From an uncultured Nitrospiraceae bacterium (lineage in GTDB: Bacteria; Nitrospirota; Nitrospiria; Nitrospirales; Nitrospiraceae), in assembly GCA_963730935.1 (NCBI GenBank), contig CAVSTP010000004.1, positions 288,001-352,000 of the forward strand: a stretch of 64,000 bases of DNA. The letters are read 5' to 3'. Below are positions 32,844-42,184 of the stretch, in pieces (positions within the stretch are counted from its first letter, which is position 1; the number at the start of each line of letters is the position of its first letter). The notes beneath the pieces were generated by a model, which saw only the letters and a list, made by a program, of their open reading frames with translations, ran no database searches and had not been told where the DNA came from. The translations under genes were made by a program, and so were the position numbers.

Positions 32844-33464
32844 ATGCACAGGGAACTCGTTCTCGCCACCCGTAATAGGCACAAAGGAGCAGAGCTTGCT
32901 GTGCTCCTCGCAGACCTGCCCATTCGGATCCGCACGATGGATGAATTTCCGGAGGTGCCCGACGTCGTCGAGGACGGCGACACCTGCGAGGCCAACGCGA
33001 TCAAAAAAGCCCGTGCGGTCTCACAAGCGACCGGCCTGTTAGCCGTAGCCGACGACACTGGATTGGAAGTGGATGCCTTGGGGGGACGACCCGGTGTCTT
33101 TGCGGCACGCTATGCCGGCCTGCAGGCGACGTATGAAGACAATTGGCGAAAATTGCTGGGCGAGATGACCGGGGTGCCGCGCGACCGCCGGACAGCCCGG
33201 TTTGTGACGGTGGCCGCGGTGGCACTGCCTTCCCAGGCGGTAGAGGTGACGACCGGTCGGCTTGACGGACTGATCGCAGAGGAGCCGGCCGGGGCCCGAG
33301 GGTTTGGCTACGATCCCGTGTTTTACGTGCCCGAATTGGGTAAGACCTTGGCCGAACTTTCGAGCGAAGAGAAGAATCGCATCAGCCATCGAGCGAAAGC
33401 CTTTGCACAAGTGCGCGACTTGTTGCAAAATAGATTCGGATCGGGGCGTAGCGCAGCCAGGTAG
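32844..33464 (+). CDS. rdgB: Non-canonical purine NTP pyrophosphatase (Ham1)
   Basis: ATRNRHK, ADDTGL.VDAL.G.PGV, GFGYDPVF, KNRISHR. Confidence 0.96.
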   Translation: MHRELVLATRNRHKGAELAVLLADLPIRIRTMDEFPEVPDVVEDGDTCEANAIKKARAVSQATGLLAVADDTGLEVDALGGRPGVFAARYAGLQATYEDNWRKLLGEMTGVPRDRRTARFVTVAAVALPSQAVEVTTGRLDGLIAEEPAGARGFGYDPVFYVPELGKTLAELSSEEKNRISHRAKAFAQVRDLLQNRFGSGRSAAR

Positions 33465-33480
33465 CGCGCCTGCTTTGGGA
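33442..33480 (+). repeat. Displaced 5' half of tRNA-Pro (att site of island A)
   Basis: 39 nt matching 36393-36431 with one mismatch (A33459 vs C36410); identity ends exactly after the anticodon loop TTTGGGA. Confidence 0.93.
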
Positions 33481-33489
33481 TCAAAGAAC

Positions 33490-33537
33490 GGGGATTGCTG
33501 AGAGGCCTTGATGGCTGCGACAATCCCCTCTTTTATT
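33490..33537 (+). terminator. Candidate intrinsic terminator just inside island A
   Basis: GGGGATTG (33490-97) / CAATCCCC (33521-28) stem followed by TCTTTTATT. Confidence 0.45.
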
Positions 33538-33611
33538 GACGGTTCTCCTTCTCAGTCGTTTGCCTCTCTTAGCATCTGTTGGCCGCCCATCACCCACGTT
33601 TGTCTGATTCC

Positions 33612-33629
33612 CTAACACCGTAATAACAC
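33612..33629 (+). repeat. 18-bp direct repeat CTAACACCGTAATAACAC, copy 1 (putative integrase arm site)
   Basis: Identical to 36323-36340. Confidence 0.8.
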
Positions 33630-33851
33630 CTGGCTGAAAACCCCCGGCCGTTAACCCTTGGCGGGTGTCCGTGTGTGAAGGTCGGAGGGATACTGATTGA
33701 CAAGATGGACATTTATGTCTGAGCAACATGTTACCGTGCCGCCGACGAATAACGCGCTGGGCGCGGTGACATGAATACGAATGATGGGCGTGTCCTGTCC
33801 TGTTGACAGTCACTTAAGGTGCGACATATCGTTGAGGAATAAAGGGAATTT

Positions 33852-35420
33852 ATGGAACTTAGGCCTAGCGCGAATTTCTCCCTGCCCAAACTCGCGTGGA
33901 TTGCCGAGGTAAATCGTACCGATCAAATTGTAACTCTTCACCACGGTCCCCTAGTTGAGGTGCGACAGAACTTCTTCATTGAGGGGGTATGGGATGGCCC
34001 GTTCGCGAAGGGCGATTTCGGTGAGACTGAGTGTGTATTCGGCACTGGGGCAATCCTCAAAGATGGATCAGTGCGATTCGTCACAAGCGCCGCAACGACT
34101 GACTTTCTGTATTACGAAGATAGGGGAGCCCAAGTAACAGTATCCAATTCTTTGCCGCTCTTGCTGGCATGCGTCCAAGACGCTCTTGACCCTCACTATC
34201 GGGATTATCCGTTAATTTGCGACTCCGTGATGGACGGTATTGATGACTATCGTCGCGATATTCCTACGAAGCGGGGAAAAGTACGGCGACAGATGTTCCG
34301 GAATCTTGATGTTTCTAGAGAGAAGGTTTCGGAGGCAGAAAAGAGAATGCCACCCCCATTCAAGTGTTTTGATGACTACCGGAACTATCTGCGAGGCAGA
34401 TATGGACTCATTGCGGCCAATGCGCGAGATGGTGCACGCTTGCAACCCCTTGAGATATGCTCCACCCAGTCTCGAGGTTACGACACCACCGCCGTGAATT
34501 CGATTGCCTGTGCGTATGGGATAGACAAGGTTTTTACCGTCTCCAAGGCAAAAAGTAATTTCTATCTGGCCCATAATGATGAGGGCAAGTTGCCTAGTGA
34601 TGACGGTGAAGATATATGCACGTCTCTAGGTCTCAAGTTTATTCGGCTCAATAGACGCGCATTTACAGAAGAATTCGGGCAGGAGCACCTTTTTTACTGT
34701 GTTCTCCACCATAACCAGGATGCAAACCTTAAAGACATCGCTAAACATGTCCCGAGGGTCAGCCTCCTTCTGACGGGAACATACGGGTCGATCTGGGACA
34801 CGGAAAAGTGCTTCAGCAATAGAGTAGTTCTGGATGGCAGCTTGAGAAGATCTGACCTAAGCACCCATGGAATGTCAGAATTCCGTCTGGTCGCTGGCTT
34901 TATTCAGCTGCCATTTCCCTACATAGGTGCGCGGCGAATGTCAGATATTCTTAGGATTACAGAGTCTTCCGAAATGGATCCCTGGCGCTTGGGCAATCTG
35001 TACGATCGGCCTATTGCGAGACGGATTGCTGAAGAAGCCGGGGTTCCAAGGCAAATCTTTGGCCAGTCCAAAATGGGATCTGTGGTTATTTTTTCTGCGC
35101 CCTCAATACCGTATGGTAAGGCGCTTCGGCGAGAATTCTTTGACTATTTGGCATACGAACGGATTATGACGCGATCTACAACATTGCTGTGGCCCATCGT
35201 TCGATGGGTGAATTCTATCCTGATGTTGAAAAGAGAGGACCGGTTTGCGGTTGTCCACTATACTGAGCGGCTGATTTCCAAGCTGACCAGGCGCGAATTT
35301 CATTTCAAGCGCATATGGTCGAAGCTTGATGGCGCGCTGTTCTGTTTCTGTGTCAATAGAACGGCGGAAACATATATTAGACATCTCTTCCAAGTGAAGC
35401 GACCAGCCTCGTCCTTATAA
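33852..35420 (+). CDS. Island cargo protein with PP-loop-like motif (asparagine synthetase-like?)
   Basis: 522 aa; TQSRGYDTTAV resembles SxGxDS; TTGACA-18-TATCGT promoter at 33803-33832. Confidence 0.7.
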   Translation: MELRPSANFSLPKLAWIAEVNRTDQIVTLHHGPLVEVRQNFFIEGVWDGPFAKGDFGETECVFGTGAILKDGSVRFVTSAATTDFLYYEDRGAQVTVSNSLPLLLACVQDALDPHYRDYPLICDSVMDGIDDYRRDIPTKRGKVRRQMFRNLDVSREKVSEAEKRMPPPFKCFDDYRNYLRGRYGLIAANARDGARLQPLEICSTQSRGYDTTAVNSIACAYGIDKVFTVSKAKSNFYLAHNDEGKLPSDDGEDICTSLGLKFIRLNRRAFTEEFGQEHLFYCVLHHNQDANLKDIAKHVPRVSLLLTGTYGSIWDTEKCFSNRVVLDGSLRRSDLSTHGMSEFRLVAGFIQLPFPYIGARRMSDILRITESSEMDPWRLGNLYDRPIARRIAEEAGVPRQIFGQSKMGSVVIFSAPSIPYGKALRREFFDYLAYERIMTRSTTLLWPIVRWVNSILMLKREDRFAVVHYTERLISKLTRREFHFKRIWSKLDGALFCFCVNRTAETYIRHLFQVKRPASSL

Positions 35421-35433
35421 GGTCTCTCTTTGT

Positions 35434-35870
35434 ATGGGTCTCTCCCCTTTGATTCGCTTCGGCACTTCCGCGTGGACCTATGAAGGGTGGCAAGGGCAGG
35501 TCTATAACAGAGCCTACAAGAAGACGACCTTTGCGCGAGAATGCTTAGGCGAGTACTGCCAGTATCTCTACAACGGAGAACCGCTCTTTCGCACCGTCGG
35601 GAACGATTCGACCTTCTACCGGCCACCGACCGCCAATCAGCTCAAAAACTACCTCAACCAGATCCCTGAAGACTTTGAGATGTGTTTCAAGGTGTGGGAA
35701 GAACTCACCATCCCCACGTTCTCGAGTCACCCACGCTACGGTGTGAAAGCCGGCCAAGCGAACCCTCGGTTTCTTGATGCCAGCCTCTTCAAGGATCTCG
35801 TCCTTACGCGCTACCGAGAGGCGAATTTCAGACCGCATACGGGACCGTTCCTCTTCGAATTTCAGCGCAC
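35434..35870 (+). pseudogene. DUF72 protein, 3'-truncated
   Basis: FGTSAWTYEGWQG, DSTFYRPP, FEMCFKV, GPFLFEFQR then similarity is lost. Confidence 0.8.
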
Positions 35871-36005
35871 CCAGACTCCAACCCATGCCTTTCAATCCGT
35901 GACGGCGATAGGGGTGTCTTAGTGCACTGCTGGGCTGGATGCACATTGAAAGACATTACCCAAAAACTCGGCATCAACGTCAAAGATCTCTTTCATGACA
36001 ACTTG
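35862..36005 (+). pseudogene. Primase-type zinc-finger fragment
   Basis: Frame reads SAHPDSNPCLSIRDGDRGVLVHCWAGCTLKDITQKLGINVKDLF, resembling the CxAHxD..PSLSI..HCxAGC Zn finger with the first Cys lost. Confidence 0.7.
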
Positions 36006-36025
36006 CTCAGTTCTCGCCAGCGCCA

Positions 36026-36392
36026 AGATTCACGGTTCTGCATGGGGAACGTCGCCTGGACACCCCCAAGGTCTTCCTGTATAAACGGGAAGCCTTGGAA
36101 GAATCCCCGAACCGCTTTTGCTGCGGCCTGTCGTCGGGCTGGAATCACCGGCTTACGCCTCCATGATCTATGGCATACCGCCATCACGAACCTGAGGAGG
36201 GCAGGGGCAGATACCATGACCGCCATGAAGATTGTCGGCCACAAGTCTGAACAGATGCATCGGCGCTATAATACGATCCAGCCCGAAGACAGAGGCTGCG
36301 GCGAAGCTGCAAAAGTACGTGGCTAACACCGTAATAACACTTGCATCTCAGCCTATCGCGAGGCAGAGTGTAAGTGGTTATAATTCCAACGT

Positions 36393-36402
<10 letters not shown>
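36026..36402 (+). pseudogene. Tyrosine integrase C-terminal remnant
   Basis: AFAAACRRAGI..LRLHDLWHT (HxxR to HxxW), IVGHKS..MHRRY; apparent frameshifts near 36083 and 36290. Confidence 0.88.
36323..36340 (+). repeat. 18-bp direct repeat CTAACACCGTAATAACAC, copy 2
   Basis: Identical to 33612-33629. Confidence 0.8.
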
Positions 36403-36470
<68 letters not shown>

Positions 36471-37234
36471 TATCCATAATGAAAATCGGATCTAGCTTCC
36501 GTCTCAGGACAATCTGGGGTCACGGTTGGGGTTACAAAATTACCTCGGTTTGCCCACCATTACGCTGCCTGCGCAATGACGGCTAATGTCAATCGATAAG
36601 CCCTCCGCACCAGCCAAACATCAGGCCTCGCCGAAAACAGAAGCAAACTGGAGGACGCACAATCCAGACACTTACTCTAGTTCGCCTCGAATCGGTAGCA
36701 CCATGGCGAATTCTGAAATCATCGGATATGGAAGGATAAAAAGAGCCACCGTTTCGTGACCTCATTTTATTAATCACCGTCCTGAATAGCGCCTGCACCT
36801 ACCATGGAGATTCTACCCCCTCATCGAAAATCCGATACCGACGCAACATCATGAAGGCCCACCGCTCACGCCGCCGACAATGGCGAAGGAGAGCCTGTAT
36901 TGCCGTGGTCAGGTCGTACCGGCCATGGCGATCTGGTGCAATCACGCCCGCCTGCCGCAGCCGAGCGAGGCTAGAGGTCGGAAGTTTTCCAGTACCTTCG
37001 TTATCAATGACTTATGCCGCGCAGTCGCCAGACCGTTCAATCCGGCACTGAGCACTTTTGACCATTAACTGCGACCTCTATTCAGCGAGAATGCTCTTAC
37101 ACACCAAATGCCGAGGTGGATTCTGCCTATTGGCCAGCGGATTGCTTCTTCGACGAGCCGATCATTTGAAAGAGGGCGGACTAGTCTCCGGGCCATGTTT
37201 TTCTTCAACCTTATTCTCACGCTCCTTCTTACAT

Positions 37235-37652
37235 TCCTACTGCTGAATGGCTGATTATCGAGCAGCCGCCGAACAGCCACCTGACGCTGGACACCAAGCC
37301 CGGACGGCACAGTGCGCAACCCCTAGAGAGAGCTGGCCGACCGTTTGAGTCGGCCAGCCCCACCGTGCCAGAGCGGTAGGAGGCCATGTGAAAGGGCCGA
37401 ATTGAAATGGACAGGCCTTCGGGGTCCACCTGCAGGAATGGAAGCGAAGTGAGTTCCTGAAAATAGAGCGGGCTGTGCGTCGGGCTAGGCGACGGTTTCC
37501 TTTTTCAGTCGGGTACGTTGCCGAACATGTCGCTAGAGGTACGGTGTCAAGTACCTGGCAAGTGGCTGACATGTCCTCGTTACTCCTGCTCTGTTCCCCC
37601 GTACATCCGATCAATAAAGACAGCCAACGCAGCAGAGCGGGGCCCGGCGAGG
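37235..37652 (+). ncRNA. Candidate large structured RNA of unknown family
   Basis: About ten nested or adjacent helices found by eye (up to 10-11 bp), mostly G-U wobbles on the + strand, a cUUCGg loop, and no credible ORF. Confidence 0.45.
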
Positions 37653-37683
37653 AAGTGGCGACAGAGTGCAAAGGCGACCAACC

Positions 37684-38070
37684 ATGAAACAGCTGTTTTT
37701 CGTTGCACTCATGCTGCTCAGCAGTGGACCGGCGTATGCGGAGTGGGTCGTCATCGACACTTTCGAAGATGAAACGATATACATGGACCTAGATACGATC
37801 CATCGCAAAGAGGACCTCGCAGAAATTTCAGTGATCTCCGATTTCAACGCTGCGAAACACCTCCAGGACGGGTCGCGTTACCGTTCTGCACGACTACTAC
37901 ATCAATATAATTGCATCGAACAACGCTTTCGATTGTTGGCGGTCACCTTGTTCGCTGGCAATATGGGGAACGGCGCGATGTTAGATGCTTTGGCTAAAGA
38001 AGGCACATGGCATCCTATCCATTCCGATAATGTTAGCCGACAGTTGATGGAATTGGCCTGCCCCAAGTGA
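37684..38070 (+). CDS. Surface-adhesin E-like exported protein
   Basis: Signal peptide AYA-EWV, IYMDLDTI, QYNC..RFR, GNMGNG, WHPI, terminal AC. Confidence 0.75.
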   Translation: MKQLFFVALMLLSSGPAYAEWVVIDTFEDETIYMDLDTIHRKEDLAEISVISDFNAAKHLQDGSRYRSARLLHQYNCIEQRFRLLAVTLFAGNMGNGAMLDALAKEGTWHPIHSDNVSRQLMELACPK

Positions 38071-38092
38071 GCGCCCCCTAGGGAATGAATCA

Positions 38093-38397
38093 ATGAAACG
38101 GGACCAAACGCTGGTCATCGGTTACCGTTCGGTTGACCGTGCCCGCGAAGGGCGAATGCTCGGCATACGTCAGCCGCTCGATGGACCGATCTTTGACAGC
38201 TGGAGGATGCGCAGAACTGGTGCATCCACGCCATGATCAGCCATTACGACCGTCGGCTCGGCATGTCCGATGCGCAGATCGAGCCGTTCAAGGGCATGGT
38301 GGACTGCGGTGGAGAGCCCTCAAATCCAACCCAACTTCGGGACATCGAGCGGATCTGTGAGCAAGCGGCGAGGGAGCGAGCGATACGGCCACGCTGA
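38093..38397 (+). pseudogene. Frameshifted hypothetical gene (~101 aa)
   Basis: MKRDQTLVIGYRS...GPIFDSW continues in the -1 frame as EDAQNWCIHAMISHYD...RPR*; 305 nt, one short of a whole frame. Confidence 0.5.
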
Positions 38398-38581
38398 TAT
38401 GTGGAGCGGTTGATGGTTTGTTTCAGGGTTCCTCGTCGTGGCCTCCTTCAGATTTCGTCGTCGAAGACTACCTGATCTACCTGATCACTTTTGAACAGTT
38501 ATGGCCGTTCTATACGCCTATGCTCTGTACGGTGAGGCGCGTTTTTCTGTGCCGTTGAAAGGCATCTGAAAGGCATCTGCC

Positions 38582-38797
38582 ATGAAACCCGAGCACACCC
38601 TTATCGATTGCATCCTCGACATCATAGTTCACCAACCGGGCTGTCGGATCCAGGACGTGGCCGACTTCCTGCCGGATCTGACATTGAATGAGATCCTTGA
38701 CTCATTGCGTTACCTCAGCCGGAAGGGGCAGTTGGAGTTGATAGTAGACCGCCAGGGTAGATTCGCTGTTACCCCAACGTCGCGAGTGTTCAATTAG
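38582..38797 (+). CDS. Small winged-helix-like protein
   Basis: ILDIIVHQPGCRIQDVADFLPDLTLNEILDSLRYLSRKGQL. Confidence 0.6.
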   Translation: MKPEHTLIDCILDIIVHQPGCRIQDVADFLPDLTLNEILDSLRYLSRKGQLELIVDRQGRFAVTPTSRVFN

Positions 38798-38893
38798 ACC
38801 TCAACCTCATGTTCAAAAAACTGCATTCGCAACCTTCGCAACTTCCTAATCTTCAAAACTCCTCCATCTCATAGTCACCAGAAAGGACGGTCC

Positions 38894-39127
38894 ATGATTC
38901 GTCATACTCGTATGTCCGTGTTTGTTGAGGAAAATATGTTAACCCATCCTACCCAGGGGGGAATTAGCCGTATCGCGAAGGATTTCATGAACCAAGGAAA
39001 AGAATTATTGAGACGCCTTCGCACAACTGAGGCGAACACGCTGACAAAGGGGGAAATACGCATGCTGCGACTGCAGCTCCATCTCTTAGACATCGAAGCC
39101 TCTAACAGAGCACTGGAACCTGAGTGA
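38894..39127 (+). CDS. Hypothetical small helical protein (start uncertain)
   Basis: AAGGA RBS; amphipathic helices. Confidence 0.5.
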   Translation: MIRHTRMSVFVEENMLTHPTQGGISRIAKDFMNQGKELLRRLRTTEANTLTKGEIRMLRLQLHLLDIEASNRALEPE

Positions 39128-39274
39128 ATCAGAACGGAAGCGTTTTCAGTCGAATGCCCGCTTGACTCAGTCTTCTAGAGCGCCTAAGGTACCTTCACTC
39201 CGCTCCACCTGCTCCTGCTGCGGCTTCCTGGGAAGACCCGACCGCCAGATACATAATGAAAGGCGGTCGTCCTC

Positions 39275-39481
39275 TTGTCTGACCCATCATTTCTACCCAT
39301 CCGCGAAGACCTTCACAATTTTTGCCGGTACTGCGAGCGACTGTTAGCCAGCGCCCATGCGCCTGACCATGCCCCATTCTCGCAAGATGAACTGCAGATG
39401 ATCTGTCGCTACGCCAACGAAGTCGCCAAGCTTGCCGATTCGCAGAGGTTTGACGAGCAGAGCAACGGGAAACCGGCGTGA
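39275..39481 (+). CDS. Hypothetical small protein
   Basis: EDLHNFCRYCERLL...FSQDELQMICRYANEV; protein-like. Confidence 0.55.
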   Translation: MSDPSFLPIREDLHNFCRYCERLLASAHAPDHAPFSQDELQMICRYANEVAKLADSQRFDEQSNGKPA

Positions 39482-40015
39482 CAGCGGTCACAGTTCATTG
39501 CGCCATCCTCAAGCGGTAGTCCTCGGCAATCAGCACGTCAGGCGGCCAGTGCTCCCGATGGATCAGCCACAAAACTGCGAGCGCGCCGACCCACAGCCTT
39601 TGTTCACTGTAGGACAGTCTGGGAATTGACAGGTTCTGCTTCGCGAATATACTCGTGCAAATTCCTGTATGTCTTGTTTCGGGAGGCCAGCCATGCACAA
39701 ATCAGGTTCGCGAGTTGCTACCGCCAATCAAATTGTTCCTGTTTGCTGCGTATGCGGCCTCCTCAGCGACGAGGCGGGTCCGTTGACCGTGAGCGCTGGG
39801 TGACAAAGCAAACCCTTTCGAAAAACTCATGGTGTAGAGCCAGGCGCTTACCGGTTCAGTCACACCTACTGCCCTGTGTGTTATAGGTTGTTCCTGAATC
39901 GCATTGCCGCCGCGTAGCGAAACTGAGGGCTGAGCCCAATTCTGTCCCTCCATGGCTCTACCGTAGGCTGCACTCCGGCGTTTGTCCCTAGCTGACCTTA
40001 CAAGCGACCAGAAAT

Positions 40016-40381
40016 TCAAGCAGCAATATCCGCCCTACCCCCCTCTTCAAAGCCGAGAGGAAAAGGAGGATGACTATCGCGAGCAACGGAGGGAATTGGA
40101 ATCGGTCCCGCCCATAGTGCATCGATGTTTTGAGGATCGACGACTGCCCCTGGTACCTTGGGATAGCGAGAAGCTGGAACAAGCGCTACGAAGCGATCGG
40201 TTTCCCAGTCACGTTCGACTTGTACGATCGTCGGCAAACCTGGGCCCACATGAGAGTTTAGCATCCAATACCACCCCGCTCGTCGAGGCTTCACCTCCGT
40301 CCAAGTTAACGGCTGGTCTTTGTAATGTGTCGGCATGAAATCCGACCTCGTGTGCATAAAGCTACCAATTAAGTTATTCAC
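40016..40381 (-). CDS. Hypothetical phage-like small protein
   Basis: WT..KP..AGWYW...WAGPIP.P pattern; GGAGG RBS. Confidence 0.6.
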   Translation of the reverse strand: MNNLIGSFMHTRSDFMPTHYKDQPLTWTEVKPRRAGWYWMLNSHVGPGLPTIVQVERDWETDRFVALVPASRYPKVPGAVVDPQNIDALWAGPIPIPSVARDSHPPFPLGFEEGGRADIAA

Positions 40382-40895
40382 GACTCACCCTCCTTGTAAA
40401 CTGATCAAAAACGATGACGTCGCCTATCGCGCTATTAGGTAATTGACAACCGGGGGTATTTTTACGAAATTACAAGGGACCAGCAGGAGGATCGGACTGG
40501 GAGGGACTTGATACGTAACGGTGGTGATTTTTGTCTGGCATAATGGTGAGGTACACTACGTAAAAACAAGACCCATGATAGGAATCAATGCAAAAGACAT
40601 CAATAGTTCATTGGAGTAGGGATGAATGGCACCATTGCTTCGAAGACTTTAGATGAGGGGTTTCAACACTTCAGGGGGATGCGGACCGGATGAAAATGCG
40701 CTGAGGTGCTGAAGCGAAGGAGGGGGAGAATGTCATAAACCGATAGGGTTACCCGAACAATGAAATACCACCATTTCGCTACAGGACTTGCTTGTTGATG
40801 GGAAAATGCTTTAACGGTGTTTGCTCGTACCTCCATTTTTAAGTACACTTTCCAACACTGACGACTGCTAGAACTCTCACCGTAAGGAAGAGGTT

Positions 40896-41315
40896 ATGCC
40901 AAAAACAATGGTGAGGATTAGAACGAGTGGCAACTTGAATCCGACGGCATCGCGGTCAAGTCAGACGATTACAACGGTGCCAGCGAAAAAAGTACTTGTC
41001 ATCGAAACAATCAGCGCAAATATCCGTATACCGGTGGCTACACCAGCACCGGAAATTGCAAGACTAGTAGTGGTCACCGGATCAGCATTTCCTCCTGGAA
41101 CTGGTTCGCCGCTAATAGACATTCCAATGACCCGGATGGCCACTGATCCGGCAGGGAACTTTGTAAATCATGTCGCGTTGGCACACATGAGAGCCTATGC
41201 CACCGGTGGAATAGTACAGTATTCGATAGATCTCAGCATTCCCAGCAGTGGGTCTTTTGATCTGAGTCTGTTTGGGTATCTATTACCAGCCAATAGCCAA
41301 AGTCTCGCTCCGTGA
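40896..41315 (+). CDS. Hypothetical beta-rich protein
   Basis: GAGGT RBS; TVPAKKVLVIETIS...LSLFGYL. Confidence 0.65.
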   Translation: MPKTMVRIRTSGNLNPTASRSSQTITTVPAKKVLVIETISANIRIPVATPAPEIARLVVVTGSAFPPGTGSPLIDIPMTRMATDPAGNFVNHVALAHMRAYATGGIVQYSIDLSIPSSGSFDLSLFGYLLPANSQSLAP

Positions 41316-41845
41316 TAGGGAAACCGCCATCAGCGTTACACGATCGGGGATATTTGGCTCGCTCTCCAGGAACCACACTGCTGATTTTCACCTTGCTTGC
41401 TGCATGCCCTGTAAACACCAGGGGGCAAGAGCGAGTGACGACCATTGACCATGGTAGTATGACCGAGTCCGCTAAATCACCAACCTCACAAGCGGAACCT
41501 CTGGACCTTCATGAACAGATGCTTGCTGGCAAACGGTTCAAAAAGGCTAAGTTGAAGGGTGCAAACCTTCGCGGAGCGATGCTGGCGGGTGCTGACTTTC
41601 GAGGGGCAAATCTCGAGTATGCCGATCTAGGGGGTGCGATGATGCTTGGAGCCAATCTGAGTGGCGCCAATTTGATGAATGCGAACTTTAAGGAGGCCAA
41701 TTTATTAGGCGCTCACCTGGAAGGGGCACGCATTGAGGGCACAAATTTCCATAAAACAGTATTCCTCACTCAAGACCAACTCGACGACGCATGCGGTAAA
41801 CCTAGAGCTCTTCCGGAAGGACTCAAAGCGCCGAAGGCTTGCTAG
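41312..41845 (+). CDS. Pentapeptide repeat protein
   Basis: Tandem A(N/D)LxG units; LTQDQLDDACG...LPEGL tail. Confidence 0.88.
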   Translation: MIGKPPSALHDRGYLARSPGTTLLIFTLLAACPVNTRGQERVTTIDHGSMTESAKSPTSQAEPLDLHEQMLAGKRFKKAKLKGANLRGAMLAGADFRGANLEYADLGGAMMLGANLSGANLMNANFKEANLLGAHLEGARIEGTNFHKTVFLTQDQLDDACGKPRALPEGLKAPKAC

Positions 41846-42184
41846 CTGTTAAGAAGAGAAGTCCTCAACTATCGTACTCTCCCAGGGGCCTGTTGGGGTA
41901 TAAGCTTTCAAATGTGAAGCGTCGTGGGTCTCTCTCTTGTTAGGGCATGGGCCACCCGTGAAGGCTACCGTCTCAATGAAACCGTAGGCGTGGGAGTCCT
42001 CAAACAGACCCCGTCCTGCCGACAAAGGCCGGGGTCTTCCTGCCATCAAATCCCGGCTTCGGCACCAACCCTCCACCCCGGTTCTACAAAGGGTTCTCGC
42101 GCGTATTCAGTCCCAGAGAATGACAAATGCAGATAGAACTCCTTCTTCCTGATGTAATCACTGCCCCGAAGTGAGCCGGCGGAT

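Noticed and set aside
37475..37494. GTGCG followed by a hairpin, resembling a group II intron 5' end
   Set aside because: No domain V/VI or reverse transcriptase sequence found downstream
41520..41750. Periodic 15-nt repeats
   Set aside because: Coding pentapeptide repeats, not CRISPR; no repeat-spacer array or cas gene was seen anywhere in the window
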